From Octopus vulgaris (Eukaryota): a stretch of DNA of 64,000 nucleotides. This document shows positions 27,236 through 39,790 of the stretch, piece by piece. Position numbers and translations under genes: made by a program. The DNA lies in NCBI GenBank assembly GCA_951406725.2, contig OX597834.1, forward strand, positions 5,394,001 through 5,458,000, given 5' to 3'. Position 1 is the stretch's first letter; each line of letters begins with the position of its first letter. The notes under the pieces are model-generated. The model did no database searches, was not told where the DNA came from, and saw only the letters and a list, made by a program, of their open reading frames with translations.

Positions 27236-27408
27236 CATATATACGACAGGCTTCTTTCAGTTTCCGTCTACCAAATCCACTCACAAGGCATTGGTCGGCC
27301 CGGGGCTATAGCAGAAGACACTCGCCCAAGATGCCACGCAGTGGGACTGAACCCGGAACCATGTGGTTAGTTAGCAAGCTACTTACCACACAGCCACTCC
27401 TGCGCCTA
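26998..27408 (-). mobile_element. SINE family A, full length
   Basis: Matches the family A copies. Confidence 0.92.
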
Positions 27409-27713
27409 CCCATTTCTTTTCTTGTTTTTTTCTCATTTAAATATTTTGAAAACCGATTAAGCTTAGTATTCTTCTAATGTCTGCTATTGACACATTAAAT
27501 GAATTATGATTTGTTATGTTTAACTTTTACATGAATCAGATCTGACTTAGTAGACTTCAAAGTTTAATATTTGTATCTCTTGTAGTGTGCACTTTACGCA
27601 AATAAAACACTGAACTCTTTCTTGACCATTCAACTTACTCTGTAAATTTTACCACGAAGTGATTTAGTCGATATATATGAGTTTTGGCTGCCTGAAAATC
27701 CTCAATGGCTGTT

Positions 27714-28205
27714 GTTGTTTATTTCCTGGTCAATTCTGAATGAGCTAGCATATGATCAAAATGTTCTAGCCATGACCCTCCCATTGATTTTTATATCCTG
27801 AACTACATTATCCAATGTATTTTTTTTCTTTTTAGGACAGTTTGAAGAGAATAAAAGAAAAGTCCTGGACTATTTCTGGTTGTTTATTTCCTGGTCAATT
27901 TTGAATGAGCTAGCATATGATCAAAATGTTCTAGCCATGACCCTCCCATTGATTTTTATATCCTGAACTACATTGTCCAATGTATATTTTTTCTTTTTAG
28001 GACAGTTTGAAGAGAATAAAAGAAAAGTTGTTGCTATTTCTGGTTGTTTATTTCCTGGTCAATTTTGAATGAGCTAGCATATGATCAAAATGTTCTAGCC
28101 ATGACCCTCCCATTGATTTTTATATCCTGAACTACATTGTCCAATGTATTTTTTTTCTTTTTAGGACAGTATGAAGAGAATAAAAGAAAAGTTGTTGCTA
28201 TTTCT
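27714..28205. repeat. Tandem triplication, unit about 164-165 bp
   Basis: Units start at 27714, 27879 and 28043 (GTTGTTTATTTCCTGGTCAATT...), near-identical. Confidence 0.95.
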
Positions 28206-28946
28206 CGGCAGGACAGTGGCCTTCATGAAACAGATGTAAATGAAGGCCTCTGTGACATTGATTTTCTCCTGATGGCTCTGATGACAATATCAACATCAAT
28301 TGATGACCAGACAATCCAATAAATCAGAAAATGGATTATGTATTGAATGACATATGCAAATATTTTTCAAACTTCAGAAATTTGCCTTTATTTGAAGAAA
28401 CAAAACAAAAAAAAACCCAAAAGAGCACTGTTGATAATTGTTAGGGACTTTGAAAGGAAAGTGTGAAACAGAATAATTTCCAAAAAGGAAATATCATTTT
28501 CAGAAAAATGAGTTGTTCTCGTGCTTGATGGCAAATCAGATTTTTGTTTACAGGTAAGGTAAGAACTACTGCCATATTTCACTCTTATCACTCCTCATTA
28601 ACAAATCACTGCCAAACTCAAATCTACTTGATCTGTTGACAAAGATATATATATATATCCTTCGAAACGTAGAGTAGATGAAACCATAGCGACTGAAGAA
28701 GGGGTTTTTTCTTTGTGTTAATTGTCCTGTACTTTATTTTTTTGTTGTTTAAAAAAATGTCCTGTTCCTTTGGTTTGTGTCTATGTTTTCGTTTCCCTTT
28801 GTGTTCGACGTCCTTTTGGTGTCCTGTACTCATATATGCGTGTATATGTACATGTAGAGGTAGGTACGTACATATATGTTTATATATATGCATATGTTTT
28901 ATTTTATTTATTAATATATATATGTATGTGTGTGTGCGTGAGTGTG

Positions 28947-29255
28947 TGTGGAGGCGCAATGGTCCTGTGGTTAGGGGAGCGGACTCGCGATCGTAGGATC
29001 GCGGTTTCGATTCCTAGACCGGGCGTTGTGAGTGTTTATTGAGCGAAAACACCTAAAGTTCTACGAGGCTCCAGCAGGGGGTGGTGGCGTACCCTGCTGT
29101 ACTCTTTCGCCACAATTTTCTCTCACTCTTTCTTCTATCGGCCTGCTCGCTCAGCCAGCGGAGTGGCGTCATTTGAAGGCTAAAACAATGCGAAGCGCAT
29201 TGTGACCAGCGATGTATAGCAACATCTGATAGCCTGGTCGGTCACGGTGAACACG

Positions 29256-29260
<5 letters not shown>
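28947..29260 (+). mobile_element. SINE family B (tRNA-Arg-like head), tail type 2
   Basis: Head shared with 40973; 3' end ...CTGGTCGGTCACGGTGAACACGGTGA differs from the other B copies. Confidence 0.85.
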
Positions 29261-29348
<88 letters not shown>

Positions 29349-30016
29349 TACTGAAAGATATCTACAGAGAGTCTTTGTTAAGACATGCAAAATTAATATA
29401 TAGAATGAGTTAAAGAAAATAACTCAAGAAGGAAAATTGTATGAAATTATATAAATCAGTTAAGAATTAGTAAGGTGAACGAAGGACCCAAAAGCGTTCT
29501 TGGTTAATTAAAATCTATTCTTTATTTCAATACAGAAAATGAAAACCTAGCGATAATTTCTGATGACATGCAAAGTGAAGAAGAGATAATTTGAAGAAAG
29601 TAAGAATTAATTTCACCTGGGTTACTCACTGTCTAATATTAATACTTCAATACTTCACAACTTATGATTGGTATGTATTCTTGCTTTAGTTACTAATCCT
29701 GTTATCAATAAATTAACTCTTTCAAGAACACAGCTGTTGATAAAATTCAGCAATGTCAACTACTTATGACTATTCTATCTTTATCTTCTAGTATAGAGAG
29801 AAATTAATCTTTCTTCGTGTCAGCATCTGTTGTTAATACTTTGTCAAGGTTAATATGTGTTTCAAGTTCACTTTATCTTTGTAGTCAAAGAATTACCAGT
29901 CCATTCCAGCCTCACAGCTACTTGCAGTCTTTTGTAATGGCTGTTACATCTGAATATTTTAGTGCTGTTTCTATTGTCATTGCTAAACCTTTTAAACCCA
30001 CAGCTATCTGCAGCGC

Positions 30017-30018
<2 letters not shown>

Positions 30019-30092
<74 letters not shown>

Positions 30093-30128
30093 AATAATAA
30101 TAATGATAATAATAATAATAATAATTAC

Positions 30129-30163
<35 letters not shown>

Positions 30164-30207
30164 TGATGATGATAATAATAATGATAATAATAATAATAAT
30201 AATGATG

Positions 30208-30284
<77 letters not shown>

Positions 30285-30339
30285 AATGATAATGATAATA
30301 ATAATAATGATGATGATGATGATGATAATAATAATAATG

Positions 30340-30403
<64 letters not shown>

Positions 30404-30414
30404 TGATGATGATG

Positions 30415-30469
<55 letters not shown>
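30019..30469. repeat. (AAT)n/(GAT)n array
   Basis: Read directly. Confidence 0.97.
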
Positions 30470-30471
<2 letters not shown>

Positions 30472-31028
30472 TGCCCTGATGCAGTACCAGGCAGTGGCTC
30501 TCATGGCTTCTGATCTTAACTGATTGGAAGTGTTATCATGTACATTGTTTTGTCTTGATATAAAAGATGGGCTACAGCAAATATTCTGCTCAATACCACA
30601 GATTTGCTTGTCAGTTGTTTGACCTTAACCAGTTGAGCATGTCCCTTAGTGGCTGACGATATGTGCATCCCTGATCACGAGCAGAAGTAGTGGGGGAGCA
30701 TCATAGCCATGTGTTGAGAGGGATTCTTTGGGGTTTGAATAATTCACCTCTGGAAACATGGGTGTTTCGTTCATCATCCTTAAACAACCCTTATTCAGGG
30801 ACCGTTTGAGCGGGATGGGCTACTCAACCTGAAGAAAATTCCAACTGGGCCCCACCTGCAAGGTCATGCGCTGTTTATCTTGATATGAGATCACCATGTC
30901 ACGCAGATATGGTTGTGATGCATGTGCTTGGTGTACGCTTATCAGACGGGTAGTCATGATGGGTATATTGGACTTCGTATATTTTACCCCAGTGTCACTT
31001 TGATGACATGAACTGCTCTCTCACTCAA
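30470..31028 (+). mobile_element. Element D, non-coding retroposon 3' region inserted in (AAT)n (longest copy)
   Basis: Shares its 3' end ...CTCACTC|AATAAT with the shorter copies at 31765-32038 and 32068-32170. Confidence 0.75.
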
Positions 31029-31069
31029 TAATAATAATAATAATAATAATAATGATAATAATAATAATA

Positions 31070-31104
<35 letters not shown>

Positions 31105-31107
<3 letters not shown>

Positions 31108-31475
31108 GACCTACTCATTGAAATTGAGAAAATGTGGCATCTCAAGGCGGTTACAATACCAGTGATCGTAGGAGCACTAGGAATGATCAAGAAAGGAACC
31201 GAAAATTATATGAGAATGATTCCTGGCTTACCATCCCTGCAAGAAGTGCAAAAGATTGTATTAACTGGTACATCACACGTATTGAGAAGAGCATTGTCGA
31301 TGTAAGAACTATTACTACCCATGTATTTTAATTTAACTTTTAAAAAAATTAAAAAATGAACGAACTATTGAGTTTAGTTTAATGGCCTACCAATGTATAC
31401 TATGAGTTCCTTTGCCCTAGGAGTCGGGAAGACACTCGGTAAGAAATGGAAGCAAGTTTGAAAGAAGAAAAAAAT
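31105..31475 (+). mobile_element. R4/Dong-like non-LTR retrotransposon, 5'-truncated, in (TAA)n
   Basis: 31105-31305 encodes KDLLIEIEKMWHLKAVTIPVIVGALGMIKKG...QEVQKIVLTGTSHVLRRALSM*, the C-terminus of the R4-clade restriction-like endonuclease; 3' UTR follows. Confidence 0.85.
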
Positions 31476-31501
31476 AATAATGATGATGATGATGATGATG
31501 T

Positions 31502-31559
<58 letters not shown>

Positions 31560-31638
31560 AATAATAATGATTATGATAATAATAATAATAATAATGATAA
31601 TAATAATAATAATAATGATAATAATAATAATAATAATG

Positions 31639-31688
<50 letters not shown>

Positions 31689-31727
31689 TATAATTATAAC
31701 AATAATAATGATGATGATAATAATAAT

Positions 31728-31763
<36 letters not shown>

Positions 31764-31764
31764 T

Positions 31765-32038
31765 GGAAACATGGGTGTTTCGTTCAACGTCCTTAAACAA
31801 CCCTTATTCAGGGACCTTTTGAGCGGGATGGGTTACTCGATCTGAAGAAAATTCTAACTGGGCCCCACCCGCAAGGTCATGCGCTGTTTATCTTGATATG
31901 AGATCACCATGTCGCGCACATATGGTTGTGATGCATGTGCCTGGTGTACCCTTATCAGACGGGTAGTCATGATGGGTATACTGGGCTTCGTATATTTTAC
32001 CCCAGTGTCACTTTGATGGCATGCTCTGCTCGCTCACT
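31765..32038 (+). mobile_element. Element D, 5'-truncated copy in (AAT)n
   Basis: Collinear with 30752-31028. Confidence 0.8.
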
Positions 32039-32067
32039 CAATAATAATAATAATAATAATTATAATA

Positions 32068-32170
32068 ATGCCTGGTGTACCCTTATCAGACGGGTAGTCA
32101 TGATGGGTATATTGGACTTCGTATATTTTACCCCAGTGTCACTTTGATGGCATGCACTGCCCTCTCACTC
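32068..32170 (+). mobile_element. Element D, short 3' copy in (AAT)n
   Basis: Collinear with the last ~100 bp of the other copies. Confidence 0.8.
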
Positions 32171-32434
32171 AATAATAATAATAATAAGCAACTGTAACAA
32201 TAACCTTTGTATATTACGTGTGTGACATTTTTTTTATTGTAGTAGGTCTTAATGAAAGCTTGAGAATCTTAGAACATATAGAATAAAATAATTTGAATCA
32301 AGCTGTTTACAAGTCGTTTTGCTACAGTGAAAATTCTAGCTTCTGTCACCCATTTTGACTTTGAAATTTAACAAGATTATAATGATAAATGAGAGTTGCC
32401 AGGTGGAACGTTGATGGTTTAGATTTTCCCAGTA

Positions 32435-32661
32435 TAAGAGGCGGCGAGCTGGCAGAAACGTTAGCACACGGGCGAAATTTCATTTCTCTGCCGTTACGTT
32501 GTGAGTTCAATTTCCGCCGAGGTCGACTTGGCCTTTCATCCTTTCGGGGTCGATAAATTAAGTACCAGTTACGCACTGGGGTCGATGTAATCGATTTAAT
32601 ACCTATGTCTGTCCTTGTTTGTCCCCTCTGTGTTTAGCCCCTTGTGGGTAATAAAGAAATA
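32435..32661 (+). mobile_element. SINE family C (tRNA-like head, Deu/Nin-like core), tail 1, 19-bp TSD
   Basis: GGCGGCGAGCTGGCAGAAACGTTAGC...GCCGAGGTCGACTTGGCCTTTCATCCTTTCGGGGTCGATAAATTAAGTACC; TSD GGTTTAGATTTTCCCAGTA at 32416-32434 and 32662-32680. Confidence 0.9.
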
Positions 32662-33077
32662 GGTTTAGATTTTCCCAGTACTGCAGACTTAGCCAAAAGC
32701 GTTTATTTTTCACTGGTTCAGTCTATTGAAGTTCAAATAAGTACCGAAGATTACTACTAATCATGTGTCAGCGGGAGCACTCGTATTTGTACTGAAATTA
32801 AATCTTTCGAGAAACGAAGATGTCTTATACTGCCAGAGTTCCACTTATGTTTCCTTTGTGCAAAACGTATGACACACAAAAAGGAACTTCCCTGTAATCA
32901 GTCTCTATGAGTAGACAAGTGTAGGAGATGTGTGTACGAAAATATCTAAGTCAGTTTAACAGAGCATTCAAGTAAACAAGCAAGTAAAATGTATTTGAGG
33001 GAGCATAGAAGTAGATATTGAAACATGTATAAGAGGTGTACAGTAGCATCATTAGTGTTGTTAATTAATACATTTAA

Positions 33078-33448
33078 GACGGCGAGCTGGCAGAAACATT
33101 AGCACGCCGGGCGAAATGCTTAGCAGTATTTCGCCTGTCTTTACGTTCCGAGTTCAAATTTCGCCGATGTCACACTTTGCCTTTCACCTTTTGAGGTCAA
33201 TAAATTAAGTACCATTTGCGTACTGGGGTTGATCTAATCGCCCCCACCCAAACTTTCAGGCCTAGTGCCTAGATTAGAGAAGAATTAATATATATATATA
33301 GCGGCGAGCAGGCAGAAACATTAGCACGCTGGGTGAAATGCTTAGCGGTACTTCCACTGTCTTGTTCTGAGTCCAAATTCCGCTTTGCCATTCATCATTT
33401 CGGGGTTGATAAATTAAGTACCAGTTGCATACTGGGGTCGATCTAATC
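33078..33448 (+). mobile_element. Two adjacent SINE family C copies (33078-33285 with tail 2; 33301-33448 truncated)
   Basis: Family C head and core sequences. Confidence 0.8.
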
Positions 33449-33572
33449 ACGGATATTTGTCCTCCTCTTGTTTGCTGTTAACACAATGTTTCGACTGATA
33501 TACCCTCCAGCCTTCATCAGGTTTCTTGGGGAAATTTCGATACTGGCTTCTCATCCCTGAGATATTTTTCGA

Positions 33573-33637
<65 letters not shown>

Positions 33638-33782
33638 CGGTCACTGCCTGGAATCGAACTCAGAATCTTGGAGTTAGTAGCCCGCGCTCTTAACCCAAAG
33701 ATTCCGAGTGGGCATATGGCGTAGTCGTTAAGAGCGCGGGCTACTAACCCCCAAATTTCGAGTTTGATTCCAGGCATTGACT

Positions 33783-33870
<88 letters not shown>

Positions 33871-34065
33871 CAACAACAGCAACAACAACGAAAAATACCT
33901 TAGGAATGAGAATCAAGGTTCGAAATTTCCCCAAGACACCTGATGAAGGCTGGAGGGTATATAAAACGAAATGTTATGTTAACAAGAAACGAGATGAGGA
34001 CAAATATCCATCAACGGTAAATAATGTAAATAATGTACATAATTCCTCATCTCTTAAATATAGAA
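33449..34065. mobile_element. Element E: second head-to-head inverted pair
   Basis: Minus copy 33449-33695 (hammerhead ~33480-33525), 14-nt filler, plus copy 33710-34065 (hammerhead core CTGATGA at 33940). Confidence 0.8.
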
Positions 34066-34241
34066 GTGTATTTTTGATTTTGTTCGTCTCTATGGATTTG
34101 ATTTTTTTCAATGCTTTCGTTAATTGCTTGATACAAGAAAAACAAAATTGGACAAATCCCGACCAAAACAGAAAAAGTCTAACTTTACAAAAAATATAGA
34201 AAGAGAAAGTTGCCGTCATTTCCACCACGCGACACTTATTG

Positions 34242-34299
<58 letters not shown>

Positions 34300-34835
34300 C
34301 ACACATACATGCATTCATATATATGTGTGTGTGTCTTTTAACAAATGAGTCAATTGAACAATTCTGTCTGGTTGTACAGTTTGCTAGAAATAACAGCCAA
34401 ATCTCTCTTATACTATGCTCTTGTTAGTATTAAAGAAAGGGAAAAATATAATTTATATGTTTGATTATGTTCGGCTCTGTGAATTTAATTTTCTTTTCAA
34501 ATGCTTTCGTCCATTACTTGATACAACAAAAAAGAAATTTAAAAAATTCTGGCCAAAACAGAGAAATTGTAACTTAACAAAAATATATAAAGCCAAGCAA
34601 AAGGTTGCATTCGAAAGTCAAAATGTGTTTTTTTAACTGAGATGTAATTTTATAATTAAAATAAATTCAAAATTTAAATTTCGGAACATAAGACTTAACA
34701 TGATATCTGGTATATGACCGAATTCAAATGGGTAGAAGACCTAAAACAAATGTGTGTGTGTGGTTTCGCCTTTAGCCAAGGGTCAATTTCCGTTCAATCA
34801 TAGAAAGGAATCTAAATACCTATTAGCCACTCCCT

Positions 34836-34876
<41 letters not shown>

Positions 34877-35249
34877 ACTTCCTCTCTCCCTTGCTCGACA
34901 CCCAAGCCATATATAAGTATCTTAATTTTGTCATTAAGGTCGTCGCCGCTTCGGTGGACCAGTAGGCATGGGTGTTGAGAAGTAGTAATACAACACATAG
35001 GTGGTGGCTTCAAATCTCTTCCTGAAATTACAAGAGATCTAGTTAAAAACTTTTATCTAAGCAATAAAATTTCTTTCAACAATTTTGCTCTCTTAAGCAT
35101 GACACACGCGTCAGGTACATACAAAAAACAAATAGGCGTATTAATATTTTATATAAATATATATATAAAATTATATATATATTTATTTAAATATTTATAT
35201 ACATACATATATTCATACAGATATATATGTGTGGGTGTGTGTATGTGTG

Positions 35250-35810
35250 TGAGGGGTGCCCAAAAGAAACCAGAATTTTGCAATATTATTTTATTCACCT
35301 AGTTACACTTTTATCGCTTTCAAAGTATTCTCAATTTGAAGCATTTCCCACTATTCGAAGCAGTGATTGAACTCTTACAAAGTGATGACTTTCAACGCCT
35401 CTGTTGTTTTTCTTTTTTCTTCACCTCCTTCACATCTGAAAACTTTGCAGCACCAGCTTTCATTACCAGTAATGACCTTTGAAAGAAGATCCGGTTCATC
35501 TTCCAACTGTTCTTTCAGTTCATGACATACATTCAGTCGTGACTGCTTTTGATCTTTCGTTTGTAAGAGAGGCACAAATTTTACTGCATCTCTTTTCATT
35601 CACAATTCCACACTCAAAATTCGTTGGCAGGAGCTCCAGGATGCACCACACGTGTCAACGAGTTCATCAATTGTTCAGTAACGTTCCTCCAAGAACAGTT
35701 CATGAATTTTCATATTTTCATTCATTCGGGAGGTCATTAGTACTTTTTACATGGAAAGAACACAAGTGCTTCTTACTCAATCAATAAATTTCACTAAGCC
35801 ATCTGTGCAT
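35250..35810 (-). mobile_element. Mariner (DD34D-type) remnant, internally deleted
   Basis: VKFVPLLQTKDQKQSRLNVCHEL...LLSKVITGNESW; C-terminal EYFESDK; TIR-like GAGGGGTGCCCAAAAGAAACCAGAAT. Confidence 0.75.
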
Positions 35811-36258
35811 CATACTAAATAATTATACAAGGCTGCTGTGGCTTTTTGTCTGAGAGTAAATTTCAGTCATATTGTGTTCAAAATACTGAAGAAAACAGAA
35901 ATGTCATAATCTTGACTCATAAGAACATTCGGAATATTTTTGCATACTTGAGCATTGCAGCAGGATAGAACCTGAAATCATATGGCTAGAAAGCAAACTT
36001 CATTCCAAACAGCCACATCTGTACCTACAAGGTGATTTCTCTGTTTTTATCCTGGCTGATCAAGCGACCTTATTTCAATAAATAATTCTAGGCTGATACA
36101 ATATGCATGGCTGTAATAGTTAAGTAACTTAGTTAGCAACCATTTGCTCTTGGATTTGACCTTTCTGATTAACATCAAGAACAAGTGTTTTCTATCTTAA
36201 CCCTGAAATCACCAGTACATCCTGAGTGAAATTTAGTTGGCAGAAACAGAAATGAATC

Positions 36259-37000
36259 CCATCATCATCATCATCATCATCATTTAACTCCGCTTTCCAT
36301 GCTGGTATGGTTTGGATGATTTTACTGAAAACTGGTAAGTTGGGGATTTGTACCAGGTTCCAATCTGATCTGGCAGTGTTTCTACCGCTAGATGTCCTTC
36401 CTAATGCCAACCACTGAAAGAGTGTAGTGGGTGCTTTTTACTTGTCACCAGCATGGATGTCAGTTATGAAACACCAGCATCGGCCGTGACTATAATCTCT
36501 CCTGGCTTGACTGGTCTTCTCAAGCACAGTATATTGCCAAAGGTCTCAGTCATTTGTCACCGCCTTCGTGAGTCCCAAAGTTCAAAGGGTGCTTTTTATG
36601 TGCCACTGGCATGGGTGCCTTTGTTGTTTGTTCCTTCTCGAGCCATGCCTGGCTCATAAGGCCCGGTTTCCCGGCTTCTTTGGCGTACAGGTTCCCTACC
36701 TGGACAGGACGCCGGTCCGTCGCAGGTGAGCTGCAAGATGCAGCAGGAAAGAGTGAGAGAAAGTTGTGGCGAAAGAGTCAGCAGAAGTTCACCATTACCT
36801 TCTGCCGGAGCCACGGGAAACTTAGGTGTTTCGCTCATAAACACACACATCGCCCAGTCTGAGATTTGAACTCGCTATCCCTCGACAACGAGTCTGTTGC
36901 TCTAACCACTAGGCCATGTGCCTCCACTTGGCATGGGTGCAAATTAAGCAACACTAGCATTGGCCATGGCTATGATTTCCTGTGGTTTGATAGGTTTTAT
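36259..37000 (-). mobile_element. Degenerate SINE-like repeat with RTE-type (GAT)n tail, interrupted by SINE B
   Basis: CATCATCATTTAACTCCGCTTTCCATGCTGG tail shared with 47740-47845 and 56540-56915. Confidence 0.6.
36619..36928 (-). mobile_element. SINE family B, tail type 3, 12-bp TSD
   Basis: TSD TGGCATGGGTGC at 36607-36618 and 36929-36940; tRNA-like head and CTCTTTCGCCACAACTTTCTCTCACTC body. Confidence 0.85.
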
Positions 37001-38108
37001 AATAAACACTATTTGACATTTTAGTGAGACCCTAAAATCTGATAACACTTTCTTGGCTTCACAACGGTTGTGTTGCCCATGATTTAAATAGAGCTCAGCA
37101 GATGTTGGATTTGATCCCCTCTTTGCACCAGTACACCTAGAAATAGTAGATATAATTTTCCACAAGTGAATTTTATAGATTTATATATTCATGTATGGAG
37201 TTTGAATATTTCAACAGAATATGTTTCTCTTGCTATATATTTCTCAGTTTATATCAGTGTAAGAAACAGCTTAGTGAGGTTTCTCTATATTTGAACTAAA
37301 TATATTGCTATAATTTCAGAAATTGTCTTTGACAGTTTTTTATGTATTTTTTGTTATTTGCAAAATAATTTGGAGAGCCCTTATTGGAGAAATGAAATGA
37401 AATGATTCATTATGATAAAAAAGTTAGAAAAACTAGGAACAACAAAGGCTGCGGCAAGATTACTATTTGTTCTCCATTGATGATTATACATACATATAAA
37501 TATGTACACACACACACACGTACACATACACATTCATAAAGATATATATGCATCTGTTTTTTTTTTATCATACATACGCATTATTCCTTGAGATAAAAGA
37601 CATAGTTTAGACAAATATCTTTCGGTAAATAGACACAAGACAACAAAGAGATTTGAAAAATTATTTTATTTTGTATATTTATATTAAAGTCAAATACGCA
37701 AACTATTGTTTTGAGCTGTTTCTGTTTTCTTTACTTTTTCATTCGTTTGTTATTTGTTAACGTTTAACATTATCTATGACATAAAATAATAATTAGATAA
37801 TACAAGAAAATAAATAAACGAATGACTGAAACAAATAGACTAAAGAGAAATAAAAGTAAGGTCAATATGAAATTCGTGTTCCTGATCTTTTAAAATAATA
37901 TATTCCGAGAAACGTTCAATAACAAGCATAGCTGCGTGGTTAAGAAATTTGTTTCATGATTGTAAGGTCTCTGATTCAATCATACTGCTTGACCCCTTGT
38001 GTTAGTGTCCTTTAACATAGGTTCATATTGACCAGAACAACATAAGTGAAAACTAGTAGCTTGCAAATACAAATATACCGAAGTTCCATAGGTATGCTAA
38101 TGCGTGTA

Positions 38109-38179
<71 letters not shown>

Positions 38180-38238
38180 ATATCTGCCAATCTTTCTACA
38201 GTCAGTCAATATATATATAATTATGTGTGTATGTATAT

Positions 38239-38428
38239 AGGGAGATTTTCCGAAAGAAAAACCAAAAGACGAAGACAGGTGGTGTACAAAACAAACAGAT
38301 GTATTAGTATAACGCTTAGAAATAGAAAAAGTCTTTTACGTTTCGAGCCTACGCTCTTCCACAGGGGACACAAATCAAACAAGGAGAAAAAAAAAATGTG
38401 TGTAGTGTCTAACGATCTATCATGGCGA

Positions 38429-38430
<2 letters not shown>
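38239..38430 (-). mobile_element. Module G copy with hammerhead-like motif (38333-38368)
   Basis: Reverse complement CTGTGGA AGAGC GTAG GCTC GAAA CGTA AAAG; flanked by (TA)n. Confidence 0.6.
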
Positions 38431-38477
<47 letters not shown>

Positions 38478-38632
38478 AAATAATTTTATAAAGAACATTT
38501 CAGTACCGGTTCCGGTCATTTTGAGACCTTTTCAACTGTAGAGAGAGAGAGAGAGAGAGCCTTTGGTCAGCCTAAGGCTATAGTGAGAACCAAGAACCAT
38601 GTGGTGGAAGCAAACCTCCCCACACAGCCATG

Positions 38633-38695
<63 letters not shown>

Positions 38696-39049
38696 GGGAG
38701 AGAGAGAGAGAGAGAGAGTGAAAGAGAAAGACACGGATAAATGAATAAGTAGGTGTATGTCAATTTGCGCATGAAAAAATTGGTGAATCAAAGAATTTAC
38801 ACATTGTGCTGTTATAAAAGTTAGCTTTGAGGTATTTTGGTCGACACAGTTATGTACCTTTACATCTGAATCAATAGATCTTATGAAGTTGGTGAAATTA
38901 TATATTTGATAACATCCTAGACGCACATTTTTTTCCAAAAATATGTCTTGAAAAATTACCCTAGTCTTATATGCAAATCTGAGCCTGCCATAAGCTTTAA
39001 TAGACTAAAAACTCTCTTTTTTAAAACATTTGCTGCCGAAGGAGTGTTT

Positions 39050-39790
39050 CCAATATTTTTTTTCTACTCTAGGCCAAGGGCCGAAATTTTGGGGGCAAGG
39101 GGCCATTCGAATAGATCAACCCCAGCACTCAACTGGTATTTAATTCATCGATACTAAAAGGATGAATGGCAAAGTCTACCTCAGCGAAATTTGAACTCAG
39201 AAAGTAAAGACAGACGAAATACCTATTTCTTTATTACCCGCAAGGGGCCAAACACAGAAGAGACAAACAAGGACAGACAAACGGATTAAGTCGATTACAT
39301 CGACCCCAGTGCGTAACTGGTACTTAATTTATCGACCCCGAAATGATGAAAGGTAAAGTCGACCTCGGTGGAATTTGAACTAAGAACGTAACGGCAGACG
39401 AAATACGGCTACGCATTTCGCCCGGAATCCTAATATTTCTGCCAGCTTGCCACCTTATGCACAGGAATTTTCGAAGGAATTCTTTCTACTACAGGCACAG
39501 TCCCCTATTTTGAGGCCTTGTGCCTAAAGTAGAAAGGAGGGCTTCCAATATTCCTGTGCATAATGTGGCGAGTTGGCAGAAACATCAGCAAACCGCGCGA
39601 AATGCTTAGTGGTGTTTCGTCTGTCTTTATGTTCTGAGTTCAAATTCTGCCAAGGTCGCCTTTGCCTTTCATCATTTTGGTTTCGATAAGTTAAGTACTA
39701 GTTGCGTACTAGGATCGATCTAATCGACTGGCTCCCTCTCCAAAAATTTCGGGCCTTGTGTCTAAAGTAGAAAAGACTATTCCTGTGCAT
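39050..39790. mobile_element. Cluster of SINE C copies forming an inverted duplication
   Basis: Minus copies 39060-39455; plus copy 39562-39777 with TSD TATTCCTGTGCAT at 39549-39561 and 39778-39790. Confidence 0.8.

Noticed and set aside
27714-28205. CRISPR-like array
   Set aside because: Contiguous 165-bp units with no unique spacers, eukaryotic context and no cas genes.
28504-28560. Micro-exon TTTTCAG|...ACAG|GTAAG
   Set aside because: Plausible splice signals but only about 50 nt, no recognisable peptide and no partner exons; expected by chance.
33710-33783. tRNA gene at the head of element E
   Set aside because: A and B boxes are present but the cloverleaf is imperfect, and it is always attached to the (AAT)n-hammerhead tail.
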